Assembly: GCA_046757165.1 (NCBI GenBank)
Contig: JBHHXT010000021.1
Span: forward strand, 1 to 45,472
DNA from: a bacterium
Lineage (GTDB): Bacteria; Zhuqueibacterota; Zhuqueibacteria; Oceanimicrobiales; Oceanimicrobiaceae
Direction of reading: 5' to 3'
Length of the DNA stretch: 45,472 nucleotides
Of this stretch, positions 1 through 8,233 are shown piece after piece; the stretch's first letter is position 1, and every line of letters begins with the position of its first letter. The notes beneath the pieces are model-generated. The model did not search any database, was not told the origin of the DNA, and saw only the letters and a program-made list of their open reading frames with translations. A program made the position numbers and the translations under genes.

Positions 1-15
1 TTGACAGGTGGTGAT

Positions 16-44
16 AAAATAACAAAACCGCGGTCCTGATGCAA
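16..44 (-). promoter_or_regulatory. Putative sigma70-type promoter pointing out of the left edge of the window
   Basis: Minus strand reads TTGCAT-17 nt-TATTTT, with TG just upstream of the -10. Confidence 0.4.
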
Positions 45-211
45 CAAAAAATGTATCCCGAAATAACAAGCAGCGGGTCCGTGCCACAACCTGCCAGGAG
101 GGCACTCGGACACCGTCGGGCAAAGATGCAACACAGTCTCTGACTGTGTTTTTCAGGCGGACCTGACAACAAGCTGCACAGGAACTTCGCACCGTGCAGG
201 ATGACAGTATT

Positions 212-1288
212 CTATTTGGTTACGATCACGTTCTCCGGGCCGAGAACAAACTGCAAGTCCGCGTATCGGTGCAGAATTTCCTTCATCGTGCGGCCACCGC
301 CCTCGCCAAAAACATCGACCAATTTACGGTAGTCCACGATTCTGACATGCTCACCCATTGAGCGGTGCAACTGACTCATCAAATCCTGAAAGTCCATTTC
401 AGCATCCGGATCGAAGTTGAGGTTTAGCTTCGTCTGCAACTCTTCAGGAGTGAAGAGATAGACCCGTGACATCACTTTCATGGCAGTTCGGTTCAAGAAC
501 TCGAGATCTTCCAGGTTTTCCCGCCAGCGAGTGCTCGACTGGATCAATGCCTTCATCTCTGCCTCAGCCGTGCTCAGCGTCATCCCTGCCCGTGTTTTTT
601 TCTGCAAAAATTGCAAGTAGCGCGTTGCCAGTCCGGCATCCACCATCGAGTTGACCGCGTCCTGCAATTTCTCATCCCGCCTCGAGTCAGGCTTTCTGGA
701 TTTGAATCTGGATTCATCAGGAGGTTCTTCGATCGGGGCCCTTGCACGCGCAATACCTAACGTGGGTGCATCAGCGGGGGTCTCGTGGACGGGAACGCGC
801 GGTTTCAACGCCTCCATCTGTTCCCCGGCTTGCAACTCTTTCTCCAGCATCATCATAAAGAATTGAAACTCATTTTCCGTCATCTCTGAGACAGGCATCT
901 TCTTGAGCTGTGCGAACTGCGCCTCCGGGCTCTTCGCCGAACCTCTGCGCACTGAAGCCCGGCTGCGCTTGCCGGCAGGTTCCTCATCCTGCGTCGATTG
1001 TTGTGCCACGCGCGTTCGTTGGGCCGCATATTCAGCTACTGAGACAACCGACCCATCACGCAGTTTCACACCTTGTATTCTCGCCCTCGGCAGGACCTCA
1101 CCATATTCATAGGCCTTCTTTACGCTCCTGGCCTTGAACGTCACCTTGTCGGCGGTTATTTGCATCACTTGTGCTTTGATCTTGTCACCGTTGTTCAACA
1201 GCAACGTCACGGTTTCAGATTTCCTGAGACCAGAGGAGGTTGCGCACGCAACAAGCAAAACGAACCCCAGAAAGCATAGCTTTTTCAT
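212..1288 (-). CDS. Hypothetical lipoprotein, 358 aa
   Basis: MKKLCFLGFVLLVAC signal with lipobox; AGAGGTG RBS upstream; no recognisable domain. Confidence 0.75.
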   Translation of the reverse strand: MKKLCFLGFVLLVACATSSGLRKSETVTLLLNNGDKIKAQVMQITADKVTFKARSVKKAYEYGEVLPRARIQGVKLRDGSVVSVAEYAAQRTRVAQQSTQDEEPAGKRSRASVRRGSAKSPEAQFAQLKKMPVSEMTENEFQFFMMMLEKELQAGEQMEALKPRVPVHETPADAPTLGIARARAPIEEPPDESRFKSRKPDSRRDEKLQDAVNSMVDAGLATRYLQFLQKKTRAGMTLSTAEAEMKALIQSSTRWRENLEDLEFLNRTAMKVMSRVYLFTPEELQTKLNLNFDPDAEMDFQDLMSQLHRSMGEHVRIVDYRKLVDVFGEGGGRTMKEILHRYADLQFVLGPENVIVTK

Positions 1289-1363
1289 TTTACCACCTCT
1301 TTATAAAATGTCGTGCAGTTTGTTTTTCACCCTGTTTTTTCCATTCGCGTGCGTTAGATCGCC

Positions 1364-3694
1364 CTATTTGGTTTTTTCAAGAGACAGGCGCACGGACTTC
1401 TCGACGCTTTTCGATGCCACCAGATCTGTGAGCTTAACTCTAAGCACATATTCTCCTTCGTCCAAATTGCTCACATCAAAACTCATCAACTCGACCGCAT
1501 CAGAGTCTCCACCTTGCCGCTTGTCTTTGATAGATACCCGTTGTTTTTTTCCTCCTCCGAGAAATCCAAACACTTTTCCCAGGCCGCCTTTTTTCTTTTT
1601 CTCGAGCACGATTTCGTTTTCGATTTCGAAGGTGGTTTCACCGTCACTGTTCTTGCTGAGGTTGTACACCTCATAGTACAAGTACACAGGCTGGGCTGGG
1701 TCAAACGTCTTGGCTGGATTTGGTACCAGGGACCACTCACCCTTCTTGACAGACGATTGACCCTCTGGAGCACCAAGAGCAGAAGCGGGTAACAGGTCGC
1801 TCAAACTCAACATCTTGTGGTCGTAAGCCGGGACCTGAGTTTCAAAATTCTCTCCGCCCAGCAGGGTGGCGGACTCCCGACCTTGCCGCGCATAAAAAGA
1901 CAGGTGGTAGCTATCCGGTTCGAGCTCAAAATGATGATATCGCAGAAAATAGTCAGCCCCGGCACCGTCAGACTGTTGACCCTTGATGGCCTCCTGTCCG
2001 GAAGACGACTCAATCTCTTCGAAATCAGTGGCAAGAATCGCGCTGCCGTACTCAACCGGGGCCGCCGCGGCACTCTCTTCATCCTGTCTTACCTGCTCGA
2101 GCGGAACGCCAAAATAAATCTCCAACCGTGTCTTGCCGTCTTGCCCACGAAATGTCGCGGTGTGAAACCGGACATCAAGGGATTCAACCTTCCTGCTCCA
2201 GGTATGAAAATCGCTGGACATGGCAAAAGAAACCATCTCACGGCTTTCTTCAGACATCTGGATAAGGTGGCTCTGGAATTCCCCCACCGAGCCCGACTGC
2301 AACAAGCGATTGATCGAGTGGTCCCAGCCCGCCCGGTCGGCGAGCATGTTGCGGTTTTCGAGTGACGGGGCCAACCGCCAGTTGTTGCCGGTGCCGAACT
2401 TCGATATCAGAAAATGAAAAACGAGTTTCGGCCTGTCTTCGCGCTTGTAATAAAGCCAGGATTCATTCGACGGTAGACTTTGGCCCGCGGTCAAGGCAAC
2501 GTCGTCCGGCTCCCCATGCCGGATGAAGACCAGGCCTTTGTCATTGAACTCCTTGTTCAGGTAGTAGGCCTCAGGGAAGGCCAGGTAACCCAGCCGGTCT
2601 GGATTGTTTACAGCAGAACGCACGCCATCAAACCAGTAGTCATGCTCGGCTTTGACCAGCCGTCGGTAATGTTCCACCAGCCGGAACTTGAGCGGGGAGG
2701 CCGGCGCCAACTCCCGCTTCAACCAAAAGCGCCGGAGAAAAGCTTGTTTTTCTGCAAATGTCGAGAGGCTTGCCAGCTGCTCGAGCTCGTCGTCAGCAAA
2801 AATATACTTCGCGTCTTCAAACAAGAAAGCGAAATCGATGTCATTCTCAATGGAATCCAGCGCTTGCCAATAATAGCTGTTGGCGTCTTCGGGCTTATCC
2901 TGCTGCATTCGAAGGCGTACCAGCGACAGATAAATGGGCACCTTCGAGAGTCCCCGCTCCTTCTCCAGCAAGGAGTGAAGCATTGAATCCGCTTGCGCAA
3001 ATCTTTTCCGTCTACGATGGTGCTCCGCTGAAACGTATCCGGCCCAATCCCTGTTCTGATTCGACAACCACTTTTGGACCTCTTTATCCCCGGAATGAGA
3101 CAAGAAGAGACGATAAAAATGATGCAGCCCGACGTGCCCGCTTACGAGCCCGGGCTTGAGCGCAAGCTGGCGATGTCCCCAGGAAATCGCTGCGCGCCAA
3201 TTCTTCTTATGGCGCTCCAGCACCCCCCTTTGCAACAAAACGTCGCGAAAGGTTGAATCTTGCGCAATGACCTTGTCAAAGAATTCCCTCGACCTATCAA
3301 AGTCGCGCTTGCGCAAAAGTAACGCTTTGTATTTGCCCGTCTCTCTGTGTGCAATGGCCAGATTGTAATTTGCCAGCAGGTCACTTGGGTGCTGCTTGAC
3401 GATTCTTTTGTTCCAATCCTTGACATCCCCCCAATCCTCATCTTCGATGGCGATCCTGGACAGGCCCCTGAGTGCTGCCAAAGATTCTGGCGCCTTCTTT
3501 AAGACGCGTTTGTATTCCTTCTTGGCATCTTTAAGATTGTGGCTGGCATACAAGTCATTGGCCTGCTTGAGCGTCGAATCAACGTCGCTGTCAACAGGTT
3601 GCGCCAGCAGAGATTTGCATAAGAGAATAAGTGAAAACAGGAGGAATAGCCTCACAAAGCAGAGTCGACGAGGTGAGGAAGTCCGGTACGTCAT
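1364..3694 (-). CDS. TPR + GWxTD-domain periplasmic protein (~776 aa; start chosen at MTYRT, ORF extends to 3757)
   Basis: Signal peptide ending LLAQ, N-terminal TPRs, then FLRRFWLKRE...EHYRRL..A and NDKGLVFIRHGEPD...ESWLY, which match the GWxTD-domain pattern. C-terminal PVYLYYEVYNL Ig-like domain typical of the family. Confidence 0.75.
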   Translation of the reverse strand: MTYRTSSPRRLCFVRLFLLFSLILLCKSLLAQPVDSDVDSTLKQANDLYASHNLKDAKKEYKRVLKKAPESLAALRGLSRIAIEDEDWGDVKDWNKRIVKQHPSDLLANYNLAIAHRETGKYKALLLRKRDFDRSREFFDKVIAQDSTFRDVLLQRGVLERHKKNWRAAISWGHRQLALKPGLVSGHVGLHHFYRLFLSHSGDKEVQKWLSNQNRDWAGYVSAEHHRRRKRFAQADSMLHSLLEKERGLSKVPIYLSLVRLRMQQDKPEDANSYYWQALDSIENDIDFAFLFEDAKYIFADDELEQLASLSTFAEKQAFLRRFWLKRELAPASPLKFRLVEHYRRLVKAEHDYWFDGVRSAVNNPDRLGYLAFPEAYYLNKEFNDKGLVFIRHGEPDDVALTAGQSLPSNESWLYYKREDRPKLVFHFLISKFGTGNNWRLAPSLENRNMLADRAGWDHSINRLLQSGSVGEFQSHLIQMSEESREMVSFAMSSDFHTWSRKVESLDVRFHTATFRGQDGKTRLEIYFGVPLEQVRQDEESAAAAPVEYGSAILATDFEEIESSSGQEAIKGQQSDGAGADYFLRYHHFELEPDSYHLSFYARQGRESATLLGGENFETQVPAYDHKMLSLSDLLPASALGAPEGQSSVKKGEWSLVPNPAKTFDPAQPVYLYYEVYNLSKNSDGETTFEIENEIVLEKKKKGGLGKVFGFLGGGKKQRVSIKDKRQGGDSDAVELMSFDVSNLDEGEYVLRVKLTDLVASKSVEKSVRLSLEKTK

Positions 3695-3800
3695 CGATAA
3701 AACCGTGTTCCAGGGTGATTGTTGATGGGGCAACCCGTTCCGGCGAGTGAACAGCAAGGAGATACGTCGGGTCGCTTGTACTCGAGCCCAATTAGCTCAG

Positions 3801-3837
3801 CAGATAAAGAAGCCGGCCTCGGAGGAAAGCCGGCTTC
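3801..3837 (-). terminator. Possible intrinsic terminator after the FadL-like gene
   Basis: GAAGCCGGC (3809-3817) / GCCGGCTTC (3829-3837) inverted repeat followed on the minus strand by TTTAT; weak U-tract. Confidence 0.45.
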
Positions 3838-3850
3838 GCTTATCCGGAAA

Positions 3851-5194
3851 CTAAAATCTAAATGCCAGTGAAACAAATACTTTGTTTACTTTGATGTCCT
3901 CTTCATAGAGGGTGTCCTCAAGATCATCGTTAAAGTTCTTCCAGAACCCATGGACATACGTTGCATCCAGTCTGACCTGTTTGTCGACCAAGAGACCGAT
4001 TCCAGCAGACAGGAACTGTTTGTCCTCGTCGGGGTTGGCGTCCTGAAATACGGATGGGTCACGAAAATAACCGGCTCTAAAACTGAGTCCCGTCAAGGGC
4101 AGCGTGAATTCAGCTCCGAGGTGAACTCGGGCAGTGGCGCGATAGTTATCTCTGAAAAGACGATTCTCCCGTGCGCGCGTCGTAATCGTACTATCAACAG
4201 GCGGCTCCGTTTCGTAGCGTATCTGGGACCAATCATTGTATTCAACGTCTCCTGAGAAGACAATATTCAAGAGATGAAGTGACGCGCCACCAGCAAATGA
4301 CCACGGTGATTGAATCTTGTAGATAGGAGCGGTAAGCTCTGGCGGTTCGTCGGCGAAGGTACCGTCATCAAACTCAAATCCGTGGATAAAGGAAGATTCT
4401 TCTTCGACTTTGAAAGTTATCGGTGTTGAAATAGTCGCACCCAGCCTCAGCATGGGGCCCACTCTAAATACCCCTCCAAACTTAGCATTGAAACCAGATA
4501 TCTCGCTATCTATGGTTTCCTCGATCGTCTGGCTATTGAAATCAAAACCATCTTCGGGACGATAGACATCGTCAACATCGACTTCGATGAATGTTGACTC
4601 AAAGTTACTACCTCCAGTCCAGAAGTTCAAGCCAACCCCAAAAGTGACATTCGGTGAGACATCCACTGCACCGGCAAGAGTCCAGGCGTTCAAGCTTCCG
4701 CGTTCCAGCTCACGCCAGGCTTGATTCAACCGGTCATCCGGCGTATTGTTGAAAGTTCTGAAATCGAAATTCGAGTCGTATGATTTGATCCGGTTAAACC
4801 CAAACGACAAGACCAGACTTCCTCGAATCGTCGGCACTGGATACGCTAGACCAAAATCATTGAATTTCGTGAAGTTCTCTTCATTGCGCCGGCCGAACGG
4901 GGTAAAGAAACTGGTGCTATCTTGCAGGCCGAAGTCATTCTGGCGAGCAAGATGACTGAGAGAGCCGTAAACCTCGACTCGTTTGATGTCCCGCAACGTG
5001 GCAGGATTCCAGAACGAAGATGAATAATCACCCCCCACTGACGTATACGCACCGCCCATAGCGATGGCACGCGCACCAAACCCCAATTGGATTCCCGAAG
5101 TAATGATTTCTTTCTGCTGGGCACCGATGCCACTGAAAGTCGCCAGGAGTAGAGCCACTACTACCCCAGCCTCAAAAATTCTATGTTTAAGCAT
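3851..5194 (-). CDS. OmpP1/FadL/TodX-family outer-membrane beta-barrel (alternative start 5245, which overlaps the upstream stop)
   Basis: GARAIAMGGAY...SFWNPATL N-terminal motif, amphipathic beta strands, C-terminal ...LAFRF BAM signal. Confidence 0.8.
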   Translation of the reverse strand: MLKHRIFEAGVVVALLLATFSGIGAQQKEIITSGIQLGFGARAIAMGGAYTSVGGDYSSSFWNPATLRDIKRVEVYGSLSHLARQNDFGLQDSTSFFTPFGRRNEENFTKFNDFGLAYPVPTIRGSLVLSFGFNRIKSYDSNFDFRTFNNTPDDRLNQAWRELERGSLNAWTLAGAVDVSPNVTFGVGLNFWTGGSNFESTFIEVDVDDVYRPEDGFDFNSQTIEETIDSEISGFNAKFGGVFRVGPMLRLGATISTPITFKVEEESSFIHGFEFDDGTFADEPPELTAPIYKIQSPWSFAGGASLHLLNIVFSGDVEYNDWSQIRYETEPPVDSTITTRARENRLFRDNYRATARVHLGAEFTLPLTGLSFRAGYFRDPSVFQDANPDEDKQFLSAGIGLLVDKQVRLDATYVHGFWKNFNDDLEDTLYEEDIKVNKVFVSLAFRF

Positions 5195-5241
5195 GGGTCT
5201 TGCCTCGAAATTAAGCCTGAACTGTGCCTTAAAACGGTCTC

Positions 5242-6579
5242 TCATCTGCGGCTTCTTCGTCCTGATGACGAGCGCCGTGATGAGGACGAGCTTTTGGAGC
5301 CACTCCCTCTGCTGTTGCCACCGTAACTCTTTGAGCCGCGGCTATTCGATGAACCTTTGGCCGGCTTTGAATAGCTTTTGCCGGACCCACCACTTTTGCG
5401 GCTACCGCCGCTCATCTTCGTCTTCGAACGCTTCCTTTTGACGTTGCTTTTGCTATCAGTTGACTTCTTCTTGCTCGAAGCGCTTTTGTGGGCAGCCCTT
5501 CGGCTGTGTCTGCTTCTTTTTGAAACTTTTGAGGACTTTTCTTTCTGCTGACTCTCACTAACGTTGCTGCTCCCGCCTTTATTCCCAGGCAAAGGGGCAT
5601 CTCCGCCTTTGACAACCCTGGTTCGATTGTCATTGCGTCGCGTGGCGGTTCGCGAAGCGCGACCACTGCTGCGGGTTCTTCTTCTGGAAACTCTTTTTGA
5701 GCGGGACTTGCGCGAACGCTTATCTTTGGTCACGGACCTTTCAGAGGACCCGCGCGCACGTCTCGAGGTGGCTGAAACGCTGCCCTGGCGTCTCGACCCG
5801 CTTCTCGACTCAATGCTCCCGCGTGTCCTGCCCCCGCTGCGGCTGCCCGACTTAACCGCCCCGAACCTGGTCCCAGCCGCTGTTTTCGAGAGGCGAGTGC
5901 CCCCACCAGCAGCGGCGGTGGCCGCGGCATCTACCACCCCCACGCGGTTGGGTTCATAACCAAACCGGTCACGACGAGCGCCCCGCCGGCCGAAGGAGCG
6001 CCGCTTGTGCGGAACGCTCGCCACCAAACCCTGACCGCCTCCAAAGTAGTAGAAGTCATCATAAAAGCCATAGTGGTGACGATGGTAGGGCAGATAGCCA
6101 TAGTGGACTGGACTGTATCCCCACCCCCAGTAAAAACCGAAATAGGAGGTCGGATAGTAGTAAGGGTCATAATACCATGGATCGTAGTACCAGGGGTCAT
6201 AATAACCGACGTTAATGGTCACCCGGCTCGAATAGGGCGCATAATGATCATAGTAGTACGGGTCAAAGAATGGGTCATGATAATAGCGTGAATAATAATG
6301 GACATCGTTGTAGTGCCGGCGTGTTATGCGGACATCTTCATAATCCTCCTCATCATATTCACCGGCATCTTCCCCATCGTATTCTTCCTCAACGGGTTCT
6401 TCTTCATCCTCATCATACACGTACTCCTCTTCCTCGTAATTTCTTGATCTTTCTCTATGTTCTTCTCGCTCAGGCCTCCTCACTTCAGGTTTTGCGAGCT
6501 GCGTATAACAACTGGTAAGACTCAACCCCAAAACCATCAAGAAACACCCGAGCAGTAAATTCAGTAGTTGCCGTTTCAT
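5242..6579 (-). CDS. Low-complexity lipoprotein with acidic, Tyr-rich and Arg/Ser/Lys-rich blocks (~445 aa)
   Basis: MKRQLL...LSLTSC lipobox; GGGAGAG RBS upstream of 6579; YYDPW repeats; directly upstream of the FadL-like gene. Confidence 0.75.
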   Translation of the reverse strand: MKRQLLNLLLGCFLMVLGLSLTSCYTQLAKPEVRRPEREEHRERSRNYEEEEYVYDEDEEEPVEEEYDGEDAGEYDEEDYEDVRITRRHYNDVHYYSRYYHDPFFDPYYYDHYAPYSSRVTINVGYYDPWYYDPWYYDPYYYPTSYFGFYWGWGYSPVHYGYLPYHRHHYGFYDDFYYFGGGQGLVASVPHKRRSFGRRGARRDRFGYEPNRVGVVDAAATAAAGGGTRLSKTAAGTRFGAVKSGSRSGGRTRGSIESRSGSRRQGSVSATSRRARGSSERSVTKDKRSRKSRSKRVSRRRTRSSGRASRTATRRNDNRTRVVKGGDAPLPGNKGGSSNVSESQQKEKSSKVSKRSRHSRRAAHKSASSKKKSTDSKSNVKRKRSKTKMSGGSRKSGGSGKSYSKPAKGSSNSRGSKSYGGNSRGSGSKSSSSSRRSSSGRRSRR

Positions 6580-6641
6580 TTTTCTCTCCCTAAACAGACA
6601 TATTGCCATGAATGGTGTTCTGCAAAGTCTGAACGTTGTTG

Positions 6642-6657
6642 TGCAAACGTTATGCCA
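6642..6657 (-). promoter_or_regulatory. sigma54 (-24/-12) promoter for the lipoprotein-fadL operon
   Basis: Minus strand TGGCATAACGTTTGCA matches TGGCAC-N5-TTGCW with correct GG-N10-GC spacing. Confidence 0.7.
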
Positions 6658-6772
6658 TTGAAATATTTAACAAGGTCGCGCCATTCTACATACAATCTAC
6701 CAACATATTATGGAAAATCAATAAAAACTTACAGAAAGAGTTTTTCACGGCGGATAACTTGATTGTGTCACA

Positions 6773-6789
6773 TGCAAACATAGTTTGCA
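6773..6789. promoter_or_regulatory. 17-bp palindrome, candidate enhancer-binding-protein site
   Basis: TGCAAAC-ATA-GTTTGCA is a perfect inverted repeat with TGCA-N9-TGCA geometry, ~116-132 bp upstream of the -24 element. Confidence 0.4.
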
Positions 6790-6792
6790 GTT

Positions 6793-7440
6793 TTAGTTAT
6801 CAAAGTTGAATTCATAGGTCATCGAGTACCAGGCTTTCACCGGTTTGCCCCCCTCCTTCGCCGGTGAAAATCGGTTGCCATAAGCTGCCTCGATGGCCGC
6901 CTGTGCGCACCTTTCGCTGTTAGTCGTATTGTCGATGACGACAGCCTCAATCACGTTTCCCCTTTCATCGACTTGAAGGCTCAGCTTAACGATCCCTTGG
7001 ACGCCTTTCTTTTGATCCTCTTTCGGCATCTCGGGGACGGCCAAGGTGATACGTTTTGGCGGGGTTATGCTGAGCCCACTCAACGCAGGCAAGCCGTCGG
7101 TAAGATCGTAGATGTTGGTGTATTTCAAAGTCGTCTCGTCGATGGTTGCGTCTTCAGGAATGGCTTCGTCATCTGAGGGGACGGGCACCGTGGGTTTCGG
7201 CGGCGGTGGGGTTCGGTGAGTCTGCCGCGTCACCGGGATGTTCCTGACATCGATAACAATCTGAGGAAGCTCCTTTTCTCTCGGGGTCACATCAAATCGT
7301 GGCGAGAACAAGGCAAGCAGGGTGAAGAAAAGGAGCGCCAGGATGAGGGCTTTCTCGAGGTTGATCACATAGTGCGAACGGTGGTCCGAAGGTGTCTTTT
7401 TGAACTCGTACTGCACCCATTCTCCTTGGCAGTTTGCCAC
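6793..7440 (-). CDS. tonB: Energy transducer TonB-family protein
   Basis: Single TM, Pro-rich linker (TPPPPKPTVPVP), C-terminal TonB domain (GVQGIVKLSLQVDERGNV...RFSPAKEGGKPVKAW); GTG start with AGGAG RBS. Confidence 0.85.
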   Translation of the reverse strand: MANCQGEWVQYEFKKTPSDHRSHYVINLEKALILALLFFTLLALFSPRFDVTPREKELPQIVIDVRNIPVTRQTHRTPPPPKPTVPVPSDDEAIPEDATIDETTLKYTNIYDLTDGLPALSGLSITPPKRITLAVPEMPKEDQKKGVQGIVKLSLQVDERGNVIEAVVIDNTTNSERCAQAAIEAAYGNRFSPAKEGGKPVKAWYSMTYEFNFDN

Positions 7441-7447
7441 GCTCCTG

Positions 7448-8233
7448 CTATATCTTTTCGATCATGGCTTCCTTCACCCATCCAATCTTACCGTCAGCCA
7501 GTCTAATCTTGACCCAATCCAGCGAGCGGTCTTGTATTTGCACTTTGACGCCCTCGTGTAAGGTAAACACATCCGTGCCGGCCTCGCCGGGGGCGCTCTT
7601 CACATCGATTTTCTCGGGAAGGAGAATCGCCTCCTCGGTGCTTTCAATCTCATAGATTCTCAGCGAAAGAATGCCAGAAAAAAAGCAAAGAAAAATCGTT
7701 CCAACAATGACGCCAAATGAAACAGCCCGGCTGGACCTGAGCGACGGCACCAGGATTCGCAAGATCACGAGTGCCACAAAGCCGAGGTAGACCGCCAGGG
7801 TTAGATACCCCAACAATCGCAAGTTCACCATATTGGCGACCCTCGCAATCCAGGCGGACAGGAAGAACTGCGGGAGCTCCTCAATGCGGTCTGCCGTGGA
7901 CAAATTCGCCAGATCCAGGTTGAAGTTAATGTCCTCGTTTTCGGGGTTGAGCTGCTTAGCCCGCTCGAAGTTCAGAATTGCTTGCGCGATTTTGCCCTGC
8001 TTGAAGTAGGCATTTCCTATGTTGTAATAGACTTCCCAGCTCTCAAAACCCAGATCGAGAATCTTCTGATATTCATCGATGGCCAGTCGGAATTCGCCCT
8101 TCTGATAATACTCATTTCCCCTGAGGAATAAGGCATCGGCCTCGCTGGACCAGGCACGGCCAACAAAGCTCAGCAGCAGAATGCAGGCGCACAATACTTC
8201 TGTGGCCAGGGGGTTGTGCAGACTTTGCCTCAT
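7448..8233 (-). CDS. batE: BatE: TPR + two TM + SH3-like domain
   Basis: TPRs (YYNIGNAYFKQGKIAQAILNFERAKQLNP), two TM helices, FTLHEGVKVQI...WVKIRLADGKIGWV; position at the end of the bat locus. Confidence 0.85.
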   Translation of the reverse strand: MRQSLHNPLATEVLCACILLLSFVGRAWSSEADALFLRGNEYYQKGEFRLAIDEYQKILDLGFESWEVYYNIGNAYFKQGKIAQAILNFERAKQLNPENEDINFNLDLANLSTADRIEELPQFFLSAWIARVANMVNLRLLGYLTLAVYLGFVALVILRILVPSLRSSRAVSFGVIVGTIFLCFFSGILSLRIYEIESTEEAILLPEKIDVKSAPGEAGTDVFTLHEGVKVQIQDRSLDWVKIRLADGKIGWVKEAMIEKI

